Below, piece after piece: positions 50,650 through 63,332 of a stretch of DNA of 64,000 nt (the first letter of the stretch is position 1; the number at the start of each line of letters is the position of its first letter). The notes under the pieces are model-generated. The model saw nothing but the letters and a program-made list of their open reading frames with translations, did not search any database and was not told where the DNA came from. Origin of the DNA: Glaciecola sp. HTCC2999 (GTDB lineage Bacteria > Pseudomonadota > Gammaproteobacteria > Enterobacterales > Alteromonadaceae); contig CATECQ010000008.1 in assembly GCA_949498985.1 (NCBI GenBank), positions 11,586 to 75,585 on the forward strand, written 5' to 3'. Made by a program: the position numbers and the translations under genes.

Positions 50650-51564
50650 TTAATGAGATGATAGCTTAGCCCAAAATTCACGTAAAGCTTGGGTAACCGC
50701 TTCGGGTGCTTCGATTTGAGGGTAATGCCCCACATGTAAGGGCGTATTGTGTGTTTCTGGCAATAACTGTTCAAACTCATCGAGCATATGTTGACCAGAG
50801 ATGGGATCATAAACACCATTAATAAATGTCAAGGGAATCTTAGCCTGGCTCAGCGCATCTTGCCAACGCTGTGCATACGTAAAACGCTCGTCAATATAAT
50901 GGAGTAATTTGGGCAGGACTCGTCGTCCTTGGTGCACATTTAATAGTATCCATAATTCATCTATCAGTGCTGTTTCTGGTGGAGTGTGAGGACCAAATAT
51001 TTTCTTAAATCCAGTAGCTAATGTGCGCTTAGACATCAATAAACTGATGAATCCGCCAAGCGGTGATTTTAATAACTTTTGGGTCATGAGCGGTTGGTGT
51101 AAATCGGCAAACAACCCGCCATTCATAAAGACAACCGAATCTAAAGTCAAAGAAAGGGCTTGATGATGTTGGCGAGCCAACAATTCTTGCGCAACTGAAA
51201 CACCATAATCATGAGCAACCAAATGGACATTTGTGATCCCAAGCGCGACCAAGCGTGCAAATAATGCGGTAACAATATCGGCTTGTTCATGCAGACTGTA
51301 TGCATGCGGGTAAGGCTTATCTGATACCCCGAACCCTAAAAAGTCCAATCCAATACAATGGTGGGTGTCTTTAAGGGCATCCCATTGAGCATGCCAATCA
51401 CTACTGGCACTGGGAAAGCCATGTAAAAATACTACAACCGGTAATGATGCAATATCTTGTGAATCCGCATGTAGATCAAAAGGACTAAAACAAGCAATAT
51501 GCCATTGCTGATATGGAATATACTGAGCTCGAGCTTGATACTCGCTCAATATAAATGAACTCAT
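50650..51564 (-). CDS. Alpha/beta hydrolase (epoxide hydrolase/MEST-like)
   Basis: LHGFPSAS, AHDYG, GHYPQIEAP. Confidence 0.85.
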   Translation of the reverse strand: MSSFILSEYQARAQYIPYQQWHIACFSPFDLHADSQDIASLPVVVFLHGFPSASSDWHAQWDALKDTHHCIGLDFLGFGVSDKPYPHAYSLHEQADIVTALFARLVALGITNVHLVAHDYGVSVAQELLARQHHQALSLTLDSVVFMNGGLFADLHQPLMTQKLLKSPLGGFISLLMSKRTLATGFKKIFGPHTPPETALIDELWILLNVHQGRRVLPKLLHYIDERFTYAQRWQDALSQAKIPLTFINGVYDPISGQHMLDEFEQLLPETHNTPLHVGHYPQIEAPEAVTQALREFWAKLSSH

Positions 51565-52319
51565 TATGAACGAAAACCAGGATAATCACGGTCAAGCTTA
51601 CGCAATATTCCTGGCCATGCCATTTGTCCACCCGAGGATTTGAGTACTTGTTTAGCCATCGCTTGGATACCAGCTAAAATCGCATCTGGGATTTTAATCA
51701 ATGGTTTGCCTGTACCTTGTGCAAGTAATTGCGCTTCGGCAGCGCGTTGCATAATATACATAAACAAAAAAGCATCTGGGATTGTGCTAGCACATGTCAA
51801 TAAACCATGATTACGTAAAATGAAGAAATTATTATCACCTAAATCGGCAACTAAACGCTGCTTTTCATCAGGATCCAAAGACACGCCTTCATAATCATGA
51901 TAAGACAGGCCACTTAACGGAAATAATGAAGCTTGCGAAAACGCTTCAAGTCCGTCTTCTAAAATCGAAACAGCCACACCCTCATTCGTATGTAGATGTA
52001 ATACACAGTGGGCATCTTCTCGGGCTTCATGCACCGCAGAATGAATATTAAAACCCGCTGGATTGATATCATATTCACTTTCTAGGACTTTATTTCCCTC
52101 TAAATCGACTTTCACCAAACTAGAAGCCGTCACTTCTTCGAACATCATGCCATAGGGATTGATTAAAAAATGGGCCTCTGGTCCAGGCACGCGAGCAGAG
52201 ATATGTGTGAAGATGAGATCGTCCCAACCGTAATGCGCGACCATTCGATAGCAAGCCGCTAAATCGACGCGCATTGACCATTCTTCTTTTGAAACGATAT
52301 CTTGAACGGATGGAGACAT
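51564..52319 (-). CDS. Class II aldolase/adducin family protein
   Basis: DLAACYR, FTHISARVP, IHSAVH, HLHT, LRNHG. Confidence 0.88.
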   Translation of the reverse strand: MSPSVQDIVSKEEWSMRVDLAACYRMVAHYGWDDLIFTHISARVPGPEAHFLINPYGMMFEEVTASSLVKVDLEGNKVLESEYDINPAGFNIHSAVHEAREDAHCVLHLHTNEGVAVSILEDGLEAFSQASLFPLSGLSYHDYEGVSLDPDEKQRLVADLGDNNFFILRNHGLLTCASTIPDAFLFMYIMQRAAEAQLLAQGTGKPLIKIPDAILAGIQAMAKQVLKSSGGQMAWPGILRKLDRDYPGFRS

Positions 52320-52402
52320 AGGGTGTGTCCTTGTAAAGTTATTTTAGGTTATTCTTTTAATCTAAAATAAATCAATTAAAAATACCACACCCATTGTTAT
52401 TA

Positions 52403-53617
52403 TTAATCGTGATAACGGCGCATAACTAATGTGGCGTTAGTGCCACCAAAACCAAAGCTATTCGACATCACTGTATTAATCGTTTGCTCACGTGTTTGGG
52501 TCACAATATCCAGTCCCTGAGCGGCATCATCTAAGGTTTCAACATTAATAGACGGTGCAATGAAATCATTTTCCATCATCAAAATACTATAAATGGCTTC
52601 GTTCACACCCGCTGCGCCTAAGGCATGACCGGTCATCGCTTTAGTCGCACTAATCGCAGGAGATTTATCGCCAAAAACTTCCTGAATCGCTTTCAGCTCT
52701 TGAACGTCTCCTACTGGAGTAGAAGTGCCATGAGTATTTAAATAATCAATCTCAGCATCAACGTTTTGCATTGCCATTTGCATACAACGAACAGCACCTT
52801 CTCCTGATGGCGCGACCATGTCATAGCCGTCAGATGTGGCACCATAACCAACAATCTCAGCATAGATATGAGCTCCACGGGCTAATGCATGCTCGAGTTC
52901 TTCTACAACCACCATGCCACCGCCGCCTGAACTCACGAAGCCGTCACGATTTGCATCATAGGTGCGCGATGCTTTATCAGGTGTGTCATTATATTGAGAT
53001 GATAAAGCGCCCATGGCATCGAATTGGCCGGATAAAGCCCAATGTAATTCTTCACCACCACCGGCAAACACAATGTCTTGCTTATTTAACTGGATCATTT
53101 CCAAAGCATTACCGATACAATGTGCAGAGGTCGCACAAGCAGAAGAAATCGAATAATTCACCCCTTTAATTTTAAAAGGGGTGGCTAAACAGGCTGAAAC
53201 GGTACTTCCCATGCAACGAGTGACCATGTAAGGACCCACACGGCGTACGCCTTTGTTACGTAAAATATCCGCAGAATCAACTTGGTGCTCTGATGATGCA
53301 CCGCCAGAACCCGCGATGATTCCCGTGCGAATGTTAGACACTTGATCTTCGGTTAATCCTGAGTCTGCAACAGCTTGCTGCATCGCGATATAGGCATAAG
53401 AAGCGGCATCACCCATGAAGCGCAGTTGCTTACGGTCAATATGTTCACTTAAATCAATATCGACTTTACCCCAAACATGGCTACGTAAGCCCTTTTCAGC
53501 GAATTGTTCAGAGTAGGTAATACCTGATTTTCCCGCACGCAATGACTCAGTCACTTCGGCTTTGTTATTTCCAATACTCGATACAATTCCTAATCCGGTG
53601 ATGACAGCTCTTCTCAT
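52403..53617 (-). CDS. fabB: 3-oxoacyl-ACP synthase I
   Basis: [40 protein letters not shown]. Confidence 0.96.
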   Translation of the reverse strand: MRRAVITGLGIVSSIGNNKAEVTESLRAGKSGITYSEQFAEKGLRSHVWGKVDIDLSEHIDRKQLRFMGDAASYAYIAMQQAVADSGLTEDQVSNIRTGIIAGSGGASSEHQVDSADILRNKGVRRVGPYMVTRCMGSTVSACLATPFKIKGVNYSISSACATSAHCIGNALEMIQLNKQDIVFAGGGEELHWALSGQFDAMGALSSQYNDTPDKASRTYDANRDGFVSSGGGGMVVVEELEHALARGAHIYAEIVGYGATSDGYDMVAPSGEGAVRCMQMAMQNVDAEIDYLNTHGTSTPVGDVQELKAIQEVFGDKSPAISATKAMTGHALGAAGVNEAIYSILMMENDFIAPSINVETLDDAAQGLDIVTQTREQTINTVMSNSFGFGGTNATLVMRRYHD

Positions 53618-53681
53618 GATATTCCTTGGGTTTATATGTGTCGTATTTATAAGCAATGATTGTACGTTAGTTTATAAAAAT

Positions 53682-53715
53682 AACTGGTCTGATATTATAA
53701 GTACACGAGTATATT
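53682..53715. promoter_or_regulatory. FadR-like site with adjacent FabR-like site at the fabB promoter
   Basis: AACTGGTCTGATATTAT (53682-53698) then AAGTACACGAGTATATT; a minus-strand TACAAT lies ~16 nt downstream of the FadR-like site. Confidence 0.55.
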
Positions 53716-53731
53716 TATTTAATGAGCGAAT

Positions 53732-55786
53732 GTGAAGTTAAGCCATGCACAAATCAGTTTTAATGCGTCAGGTACGCCTGTCGCAGATACATTTACGGAT
53801 GTGTATTTTTGTGATGCCCGTGGCTGTGAAGAAACAGATTATGTATTTGTTGAACAAAATAACTTATTAGCGCGTTGGTCAGAATTCAAACAATCTCAGC
53901 CTAATATGCCCTTCGTTATTGGTGAAACAGGCTTTGGTACCGGCTTGAATTTTTTTCAAACATGTCATCATTATAAGCGAATGTTAGAAGAAGGATACTC
54001 ACTGCCTCGACTGTATTATTTATCCACTGAGAAATTTCCCGTCACCCCGGCTGATATTCAACAAGCATTACTACACTACCCGCATTTATTACCTTTTATT
54101 GAAGCACTTTTACCCCAGTATCCGATGCCGCTTGTGGGGTGTCACCGGATGCAATTACTCAATGGCCAGATTACTTTGGATTTATGGCTGGGTGACATTC
54201 ACGATATCTTACCGCAGTGGCAATCACCGCAAATAGAAACTCATGCGTCTGGATTAATCGATGCGTGGTATCTTGATGGGTTTGCCCCCAGTAAAAATCC
54301 AGATATGTGGAACGATGCGTTGTTTGCACAGCTAGCACGATTAACAAAGCCTCAAGGAACGCTGGCAACGTTTACCGCGGCAGGCGATGTCAGACGTTCA
54401 CTCAACGCGGCAGGCTTTAGTACTAAAAAAGCCAAAGGTTTCGGAAAAAAACGAGAAATGCTCAGTGCAACCCTGACCGAATTGCACACAAGAGAATCCA
54501 CCATCAACGCTCATACGTTGCCGTATTATCATCGTGCAGCACAACACACCAAGCATAGGCCTCTTGCGCGGGTCAAGATATTAGGCGGGGGTATTGCTTC
54601 TGGTTGTTTAGCTTATTTGTTAACGCGTCAAGGTATACAAGTAGAAGTCCATTGTGCTGATAGTGATATTGCTCAGGGGGCATCAGGCAATGATTTAGGT
54701 GGATTTTATCCACAGTTGAATGCCCAAGCGAGCCATGCCAGCCAAATCCATGCCAGTAGTTTTGTCTATGCCAAGCGTTTTTATGATCAGCTCATTGCAC
54801 AAGGGGCTCAATTTGAGCATGATTGGTGCGGCGTTTTCTTAGTTGGATTTAATGATAAAGTGAACGCTCGACAACACGCTTTACGTGATGCACAGGTGTG
54901 GCCAGAATCGCTCATTCGTGGGATCTCAAGTGCAGAAGCTCAAGCCATTGCTGGTGTTGACATGCCATATGAAGGCTTATTGATTGAACATGGGGGATGG
55001 ATCAGTCCACCACAATTAGTGAAATCCTTATTAACACTGGCGATTGAGACTGGATTATGTCAAATCAAGACGCAAAGTACGTTAACCCCTGATCAAATTT
55101 CAGTCTTCACGCAATCACCGGCGCATGCTGTCATTTATGCCACCGGCGCATCTTCACCACAGTTACCCATTCCCCCGCTGCCTTATCGAGTGGTGCGAGG
55201 CCAAGTAGAAAGTGCGGGGGTGATACCGCAAACACAAGCACTCAAAACCGTTTTATGCCACAAAGGATATTTTACACCCGCCGTACATGGCTATCATGCA
55301 ATGGGGTCTACTTATGTCAAAGAGGATACCCGATGTGATTATCGCGAAAGTGAAGCCGAACAAAATTTAGCAATGCATCAACAAAGTTTACAACAATGTG
55401 CGTGGATGCAAGAGATGCAATTACCGCAAACAGGTCGTGCTGCAGTTCGCTGTTCAACGCCAGACCATTTACCTTTGGTCGGTGCGCTGCCGGATATTAC
55501 TCAACAACTTAATGACTACGCGCATTTGTACCAAGCTAAACCTGCTTACACTTATCCTCGTGCGCAAAACATTGCACAACAGTACATCTTAACCGGATTA
55601 GGTTCACGAGGGTTAACTACCGCGCCATTAATGGCTGAGATCTTAGTATCACAATTACTCGGTCAGCCTCTACCTGTCAGTCGAACGATTGCAGATGCAC
55701 TATGTCCAAACCGCTTTTTGATTCGTGATGGGATTAGAAGACTGGATTATTTAGCGCGTTTTAAAGGTAATACCGCAAAAGAATAG
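53732..55786 (+). CDS. mnmC: Bifunctional tRNA mnm5s2U34 biosynthesis protein
   Basis: ETGFGTGLNF, DAWYLDGFAPSKNPDMW, GFGKKREM, FAD domain GGGIAS, GLGSRG. Confidence 0.95.
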   Translation: MKLSHAQISFNASGTPVADTFTDVYFCDARGCEETDYVFVEQNNLLARWSEFKQSQPNMPFVIGETGFGTGLNFFQTCHHYKRMLEEGYSLPRLYYLSTEKFPVTPADIQQALLHYPHLLPFIEALLPQYPMPLVGCHRMQLLNGQITLDLWLGDIHDILPQWQSPQIETHASGLIDAWYLDGFAPSKNPDMWNDALFAQLARLTKPQGTLATFTAAGDVRRSLNAAGFSTKKAKGFGKKREMLSATLTELHTRESTINAHTLPYYHRAAQHTKHRPLARVKILGGGIASGCLAYLLTRQGIQVEVHCADSDIAQGASGNDLGGFYPQLNAQASHASQIHASSFVYAKRFYDQLIAQGAQFEHDWCGVFLVGFNDKVNARQHALRDAQVWPESLIRGISSAEAQAIAGVDMPYEGLLIEHGGWISPPQLVKSLLTLAIETGLCQIKTQSTLTPDQISVFTQSPAHAVIYATGASSPQLPIPPLPYRVVRGQVESAGVIPQTQALKTVLCHKGYFTPAVHGYHAMGSTYVKEDTRCDYRESEAEQNLAMHQQSLQQCAWMQEMQLPQTGRAAVRCSTPDHLPLVGALPDITQQLNDYAHLYQAKPAYTYPRAQNIAQQYILTGLGSRGLTTAPLMAEILVSQLLGQPLPVSRTIADALCPNRFLIRDGIRRLDYLARFKGNTAKE

Positions 55787-55788
55787 CA

Positions 55789-56064
55789 TCAAACAAGACG
55801 TTCAAATAACGCCCAAATTTTATGTTGATCAGCGTCATCTAATTCACGATTAGCAAAAGCTTCGGTAAGGTTATGTGTCAAGATTTGACGCAAGTGTGCC
55901 ATTTTATCATCAGTCGCTTCGTTCAGCTCTGGCACCCGACTCACCGCGAGTGAAAAATGGCCATGAAAGTAACTGGCAATAAAGAGCTCATCATCGGAGC
56001 CACTATCCACAATTTTATCTAATTGTGCTTCGATAATATCGATATTTTCCCAAAATAGACTCAT
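55789..56064 (-). CDS. yfcL: YfcL family protein
   Basis: D.IV..GSDDELFIASYFHGHFSLAV, ELDDADQ; convergent with mnmC. Confidence 0.85.
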   Translation of the reverse strand: MSLFWENIDIIEAQLDKIVDSGSDDELFIASYFHGHFSLAVSRVPELNEATDDKMAHLRQILTHNLTEAFANRELDDADQHKIWALFERLV

Positions 56065-57239
56065 GCTGTTGGTTTACCTTTCGCCGTATATTCTATGCCT
56101 ACAGGGTATAGTACCTTATCATTATACCCCGTAATTACTTCCATATAGCCGCATAATTCAGCGTCTAATTGAGGGTCAGAGGTATCACAAATTAATGGGC
56201 GCCCGTCGAGATGATGGAGCTTGGTTTTAGTAGCTACAATGACAATATTGTCATACCCAATCGAGCGGATCACCTCAGGAGATAATTGTTGATTACCTCG
56301 TCCAAAAATATGCCCTTGCCCCCCAATTAATGTGATCAGAAGTTTTGCTGGATTCATTTGAACATGCTCCAATAACTCAGGAGCCGTAATATCAGATAAC
56401 ATTTCCCCTTGAGCCGTAATCACATCCACACCAAGAAGAGTATTCGTCATCCCCCACTCATTCATCATGAAATCAATGGTTGAACCCGATCCTATCACCC
56501 AAGAACAGTCATCATGTTCATCTCTTAACTCATCTACATAGGCTGCTAAATCGGCTAACACTAATTCGTCAGATTCTTTGCCGCCCATTTTTACTGATTG
56601 CACATATTGTAATTGAGCCGGCACACTGAGCTCACCAAAGTGTTTAGCAATGACCTTACCTTCCCGAAATGCTGATTCATCAATATCTCGGACTTCAGCA
56701 CTGCGTACTGTGACTAATTTACCCAACACCATATCAGCAATAACACAGCCCGCGGCTCGCGGAGTTATTGCATACACGCCTGAATGAATTTTACATCCAG
56801 CGGGAACGCCTAACACCGGAATATGATCAGGCACCTGTTCACAGATATTACGTGCTGTTCCATCACCACCGGCAAATAAAATGCAATCCACACCTTGCTC
56901 AATCAAGATGTCCACAGCCGCTTGTGTATCTGTAGCTTCCGTTTGATCATGTGGAGGGGTGTAACATATTTCAGTAACAAAGCCCAAGGACTCGGCACAT
57001 TGAGCGCCCATTTGACCCGCAGCGGTTTTAATGACGATATTAGCTTGATAATCAAGGAGCTGATGAAGCGCGACTTTCGTTTTTTCATTGGCTTTAGGTA
57101 TCGCTCCTTGAGCAAGTGCTTGAGCTCGTATGTCAGCTCCATCACTCCCTTTTAACGCCAGCGCACCGCCAATCCCAGCATAAGGATTGATGACGAGTCC
57201 TAGGGAAAATGGACGTTGTTGGCAATAAGTGGTCGGCAT
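56061..57239 (-). CDS. ATP-NAD kinase / AcoX-like family protein
   Basis: INPYAGIGG, FAGGDGTAR, PAGCKIHSGVYA, GGQGHIFGRGNQQLS. Confidence 0.85.
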   Translation of the reverse strand: MPTTYCQQRPFSLGLVINPYAGIGGALALKGSDGADIRAQALAQGAIPKANEKTKVALHQLLDYQANIVIKTAAGQMGAQCAESLGFVTEICYTPPHDQTEATDTQAAVDILIEQGVDCILFAGGDGTARNICEQVPDHIPVLGVPAGCKIHSGVYAITPRAAGCVIADMVLGKLVTVRSAEVRDIDESAFREGKVIAKHFGELSVPAQLQYVQSVKMGGKESDELVLADLAAYVDELRDEHDDCSWVIGSGSTIDFMMNEWGMTNTLLGVDVITAQGEMLSDITAPELLEHVQMNPAKLLITLIGGQGHIFGRGNQQLSPEVIRSIGYDNIVIVATKTKLHHLDGRPLICDTSDPQLDAELCGYMEVITGYNDKVLYPVGIEYTAKGKPTA

Positions 57240-57746
57240 TTATATCCTCATCGATTCTGGATAATACGCTTCACGTAATACGCTAATAAATTCTTCAGCA
57301 CGAGCCGGAAATCCCGTACTTAACAGCTGCGAGAGTTGCATCGCGACATTTGAGGTAAACGCGAATTCATCGGTTTTATCGCCATTGAGATTATCCAAAC
57401 TGATGTTAAATTTCACCCCACAAGCGAGACAAAATCCCCACTCGATAGCTTGGGGTAGCACTTCAACTTGGAGAAACTGTTTTTGGGTGGCGTCATCACG
57501 GCCATCGGGTGCGTACCAATACCCATAATCCACCTGTAAACGACGTTCAGGACCTGCAATACACCAATGAGCAATTTCATGCAGTGCACTGGAAAAGTAA
57601 TCGCTACGAAACACAATTTGATGAGACTCGTTTTCATGGTTAGCAGGCATGTAAAGAGGCTCATCCCCTCCTTTCACAAGAAGAGTACGATAGCGCTCAA
57701 AAAAAGTATCCTCAAACAGCTGTTTGAGTCTATCAACATCGTGAAT
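57240..57746 (-). CDS. epmC: Elongation factor P hydroxylase, probable ATT start
   Basis: LVKGGDEPLYMPA, SALHEIAHWCIAG..RR..DYGYWY.PDGRD. A conserved-looking N-terminus HDVDRLKQLF..F lies upstream of GTG 57677. Confidence 0.9.
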   Translation of the reverse strand: MHDVDRLKQLFEDTFFERYRTLLVKGGDEPLYMPANHENESHQIVFRSDYFSSALHEIAHWCIAGPERRLQVDYGYWYAPDGRDDATQKQFLQVEVLPQAIEWGFCLACGVKFNISLDNLNGDKTDEFAFTSNVAMQLSQLLSTGFPARAEEFISVLREAYYPESMRI

Positions 57747-57878
57747 GGCACTCCCCTCGACTAATATTTCTATTCTTAAGATATTTTATATTAGTTGCTC
57801 AACACTCACTATAAATATTTATGCTGTCTGGTGTTTTTTATGTAATATGAGGATGGAAATTACTTATAAGGTCTTGTC

Positions 57879-58322
57879 ATGTTCAGTTTACCCAATCCAT
57901 TTACTTGCCAATGGCAGATCACCGAAGAAATGATTGATCATTATGGACACGTCAACAATGTCGCTTATGTTAAACAGATTGAAACGACAGCATGGTTACA
58001 TTCTAATAGTCTTGGGTTAACTATTGGACAATACCAAGCTTTAGACAGGGGAATGGCCATTCGAACTCATCACTTGGAATATCACCATCCTTTGCACTTA
58101 AATGACCATGTTATCTGCGCCACTTGGATCACTTTATGCGACGGCAAGGCGTCTTTACACCGGCGCTTTGAAATGGTTAATACGGCAACCGGACATTGCG
58201 TGTTCAGCGCTCAGACTCAGTTTATTTGTATTGCCTTGTCCACGGGTAAAATCAAACGAATGCCTGGAGAGTTTATCGAGGCTTACTCAACCGCATATCG
58301 TCTCGTTAAGGATCACGTATGA
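57879..58322 (+). CDS. Acyl-CoA thioesterase (4HBT/YbgC-like)
   Basis: IDHYGHVNNVAY hotdog-fold motif; RMP..F. Confidence 0.87.
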   Translation: MFSLPNPFTCQWQITEEMIDHYGHVNNVAYVKQIETTAWLHSNSLGLTIGQYQALDRGMAIRTHHLEYHHPLHLNDHVICATWITLCDGKASLHRRFEMVNTATGHCVFSAQTQFICIALSTGKIKRMPGEFIEAYSTAYRLVKDHV

Positions 58323-59476
58323 AAATGGCGTTGATTATGTCGCTGGTGATGAATGTGCTGTTATTAAGTGCGGTGTACTTTATGCTCAGTAGTCATGACA
58401 ATCACGCTATCCAGGTTAAAAGCAAGCTAACCTCCCCCGGACAGCAATCCTTCACTTCATCACTATCATCTGCTTCAGTATCGGCTCCTACTTCAACGAG
58501 CGAACAGATAGCCATTACCTCAGTCGATTCTACCTTAGATCCTGATCATCAATTTACACAACTACAGACGCTTGCCAATTTAGGTCAATGGGAAGTACTA
58601 GCACCATTATTAAGTGAATTTTTATATCAATACCCGTCGCATTTTCATGCTCAAATGCTAGAAGCACGAGTGATCATTCATACTCAAACCAGTGCTAAAG
58701 GACTCGAATATCTCTATACACTAATGAGTAACCAAGGCGATGAACAGGCAGTGATGTATATCCAAGGTTTTATTAACGACCATGTTGGCCCTATTATCGA
58801 TGCACTGCGCGATAATCAGGATTGGACAGCATTAGCAACATTTTTAGAACCTTTGATTCAATATGCGCCTACTGCGACCCAGTACATTGAGCCATTAGCG
58901 TTATCTTACGCCATGTTAAATTTACCTGATGCGATGGAAAATACCTTAGCTAGTTTACCGGAGCAACATCCAGTGACAATACAAACTCGCAGGTTATGGG
59001 TAGAAAAATTTAAGGTAACGCGCGTTGCCCAAAATTCAAACAATACACAAGCCGGCGACAAACTAACCGAAAACATCATCAGTACTAATTCCCCTGCTGA
59101 TATTGTGATCCCGCTCACCAATCGACGAAATCAGTGGTATGCCCCTTTAAATATAGGCTCAAAGACGTTTGAATTATTGGTGGATACGGGTGCAACCACC
59201 ACCGCTATATCCAGAGAAGCGTTTGCCAGACTTGCCCCCCGCCAAAAACAATTTTTAGGCCGTATATTAATTAACACTGCCAGTGGCCAAACCCAAGCCC
59301 CTCTTTATAGTATGAAGAATGTCAGTATGAGTGGTTGGAAGCTTGGACAAATCGATATTTTGGTATTGCCAGTTGAGCGATTATCCGGGTTTGATGGACT
59401 TTTAGGAATGAATATCCTAAACCGCTCCCAAGTTATTATCGACCAAGTCTCAGGAGCGTTAGAAGTACGCTTATAA
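58319..59476 (+). CDS. Membrane-anchored retropepsin-like aspartic protease with helical repeat region
   Basis: N-terminal TM; LLVDTGATTTAIS; TASG; DGLLGMNIL. Confidence 0.83.
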   Translation: MKMALIMSLVMNVLLLSAVYFMLSSHDNHAIQVKSKLTSPGQQSFTSSLSSASVSAPTSTSEQIAITSVDSTLDPDHQFTQLQTLANLGQWEVLAPLLSEFLYQYPSHFHAQMLEARVIIHTQTSAKGLEYLYTLMSNQGDEQAVMYIQGFINDHVGPIIDALRDNQDWTALATFLEPLIQYAPTATQYIEPLALSYAMLNLPDAMENTLASLPEQHPVTIQTRRLWVEKFKVTRVAQNSNNTQAGDKLTENIISTNSPADIVIPLTNRRNQWYAPLNIGSKTFELLVDTGATTTAISREAFARLAPRQKQFLGRILINTASGQTQAPLYSMKNVSMSGWKLGQIDILVLPVERLSGFDGLLGMNILNRSQVIIDQVSGALEVRL

Positions 59477-59490
59477 AATTGTTATAAGGT

Positions 59491-61545
<2,055 letters not shown>

Positions 61546-61619
61546 TTAACAGTGTTTTTCTTATTATCAGTCAATAGACGACAATTATATTGAGTTATTT
61601 TTTATCATTTAGACGTTTA

Positions 61620-63233
61620 TCATTCACACATAATGTGTGCAGCTATTTTCTCCGCGATCATAATCGTGGGTGCATTCGTATTACCCCCAATAATGTTGGG
61701 CATCACTGATGCATCAACGACTCTTAAACGTTGAACACCTTTGACTCGACATTGAGGATCAACCACGGTATTAGGATCTTCAATCGCTCCCATTCGACAG
61801 GTGCCGACTGGATGATAAACAGTTTGTGCATGCGCTTTAATAAATGCAATTATCGCCTCATCGGTTAAGTCCTCAGCCAATGATGAGGCTGCCGGAAACC
61901 ACGGTGATAATCCATAAGGGGTAAACTCTGGAGCAGTAAATATTTGCCGTGCTAAACGTACCCCATCGACTAAGGCATATAAATCCTCGTCGCTAGCTAA
62001 ATAATTAGGGTCAATTAACGGCGCATCGCTAGGGCTTTTTGAAGCCAGGCGAATAGTACCTGAAGAGGCAGGATACAAATGACACACATGCAAGCTAAAC
62101 CCATAATCAAATTCGAGTTGTCGACCATGATCGACAATTAAACCGGGAATAAAATGAAATTGCAGATCCGGTTTTTCCGCACTGCCATAACGACTAGCAG
62201 CAAACCCACCCGCCTCAGCGGCATTAGAAGTTAATAACCCTTTTTTCTGAGTCAAATATTGCACACCATGTGCGATATATTTGGGTAATAAGCGTGGCAT
62301 GACCGCATACCCACAGGGTAATGAGGCTTTGACTTGCACGACAATATCCAAATGATCTTTCAGCTGCTGACCTACAGCAGGTAAATCAACAATACATTCA
62401 ATAAGATGCTGAGCTAAATGCGCTTTATCCCCAATACCCGATAGCATTAACAACTGTGGAGAATTAATTGCTCCACCTGATAAGATAACTTCCTGATTAG
62501 CGGTATAATTCACTATCTGACCATTCACTTCACATTCAACACCAGTTGCAATGTTGTCCTCAAGCAACACTTTACGTACTTGGGTATTGGTCATTATAGT
62601 CAAATTGGGATGCTGAAGTATGGGTGTAATGAACCCTTTAGCAGTGGAACAGCGCTGTCCATCACGATGAAAAACTTGGTATATCCCAAGTCCTAATCGC
62701 GCATGAGTATTGAAATCGTCAACTTGTGGCAAATGAACATGCTGTGCTGCAGCGACAAAAGCATCAGAAGCTGCGTCATGATAGCGTAAATCGCTTACTC
62801 CGATAGGCCCGCCGACCCCATGGAAGGCATCAGCGCCTCGAATATTATCTTCGCTGCGTATAAATAAAGGGAGTACCTCTTTTGCTGACCAGCCTTCAGC
62901 TCCCATAGCTTCCCATTCATCATAATCGCTGTATTGTCCGCGAATATAGACCATCGCATTCACAGAACTAGAACCGCCCATGACTTTGCCTCGAGGCCAA
63001 AACAAACATCGGTCATTCAGCGTAGATTGAGCAGCGGTATTATAATTCCAGTTAATACCAGTCATACTCGACAAGACTGCCACGCCAATCGGCATGTGAA
63101 TGAACGGGTTGGTATCCTTTTTGCCCGCTTCAATCAGGGCAACAGTGACTTTTTGAGTATCCACGAGTCTTCGTGCCAGTGTACAACCTGCGGTACCGGC
63201 ACCGACAATAATGAAATCATAACTGGATGGCAT
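61620..63233 (-). CDS. GMC oxidoreductase (choline/alcohol dehydrogenase-like)
   Basis: GAGTAG, PRGKVMGGSSSVN, YHPVGTCRMG, GNTNAPTIMIAEK. Confidence 0.9.
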   Translation of the reverse strand: MPSSYDFIIVGAGTAGCTLARRLVDTQKVTVALIEAGKKDTNPFIHMPIGVAVLSSMTGINWNYNTAAQSTLNDRCLFWPRGKVMGGSSSVNAMVYIRGQYSDYDEWEAMGAEGWSAKEVLPLFIRSEDNIRGADAFHGVGGPIGVSDLRYHDAASDAFVAAAQHVHLPQVDDFNTHARLGLGIYQVFHRDGQRCSTAKGFITPILQHPNLTIMTNTQVRKVLLEDNIATGVECEVNGQIVNYTANQEVILSGGAINSPQLLMLSGIGDKAHLAQHLIECIVDLPAVGQQLKDHLDIVVQVKASLPCGYAVMPRLLPKYIAHGVQYLTQKKGLLTSNAAEAGGFAASRYGSAEKPDLQFHFIPGLIVDHGRQLEFDYGFSLHVCHLYPASSGTIRLASKSPSDAPLIDPNYLASDEDLYALVDGVRLARQIFTAPEFTPYGLSPWFPAASSLAEDLTDEAIIAFIKAHAQTVYHPVGTCRMGAIEDPNTVVDPQCRVKGVQRLRVVDASVMPNIIGGNTNAPTIMIAEKIAAHIMCE

Positions 63234-63332
63234 ATCTCTTTACTCACAAAGGCAAAACGCTAATGTAACAAAGATTAATGAAATGTGTTGTTAAATTGTT
63301 ATTTTTTGAATTATAACGCTGAATTAGCGGGG

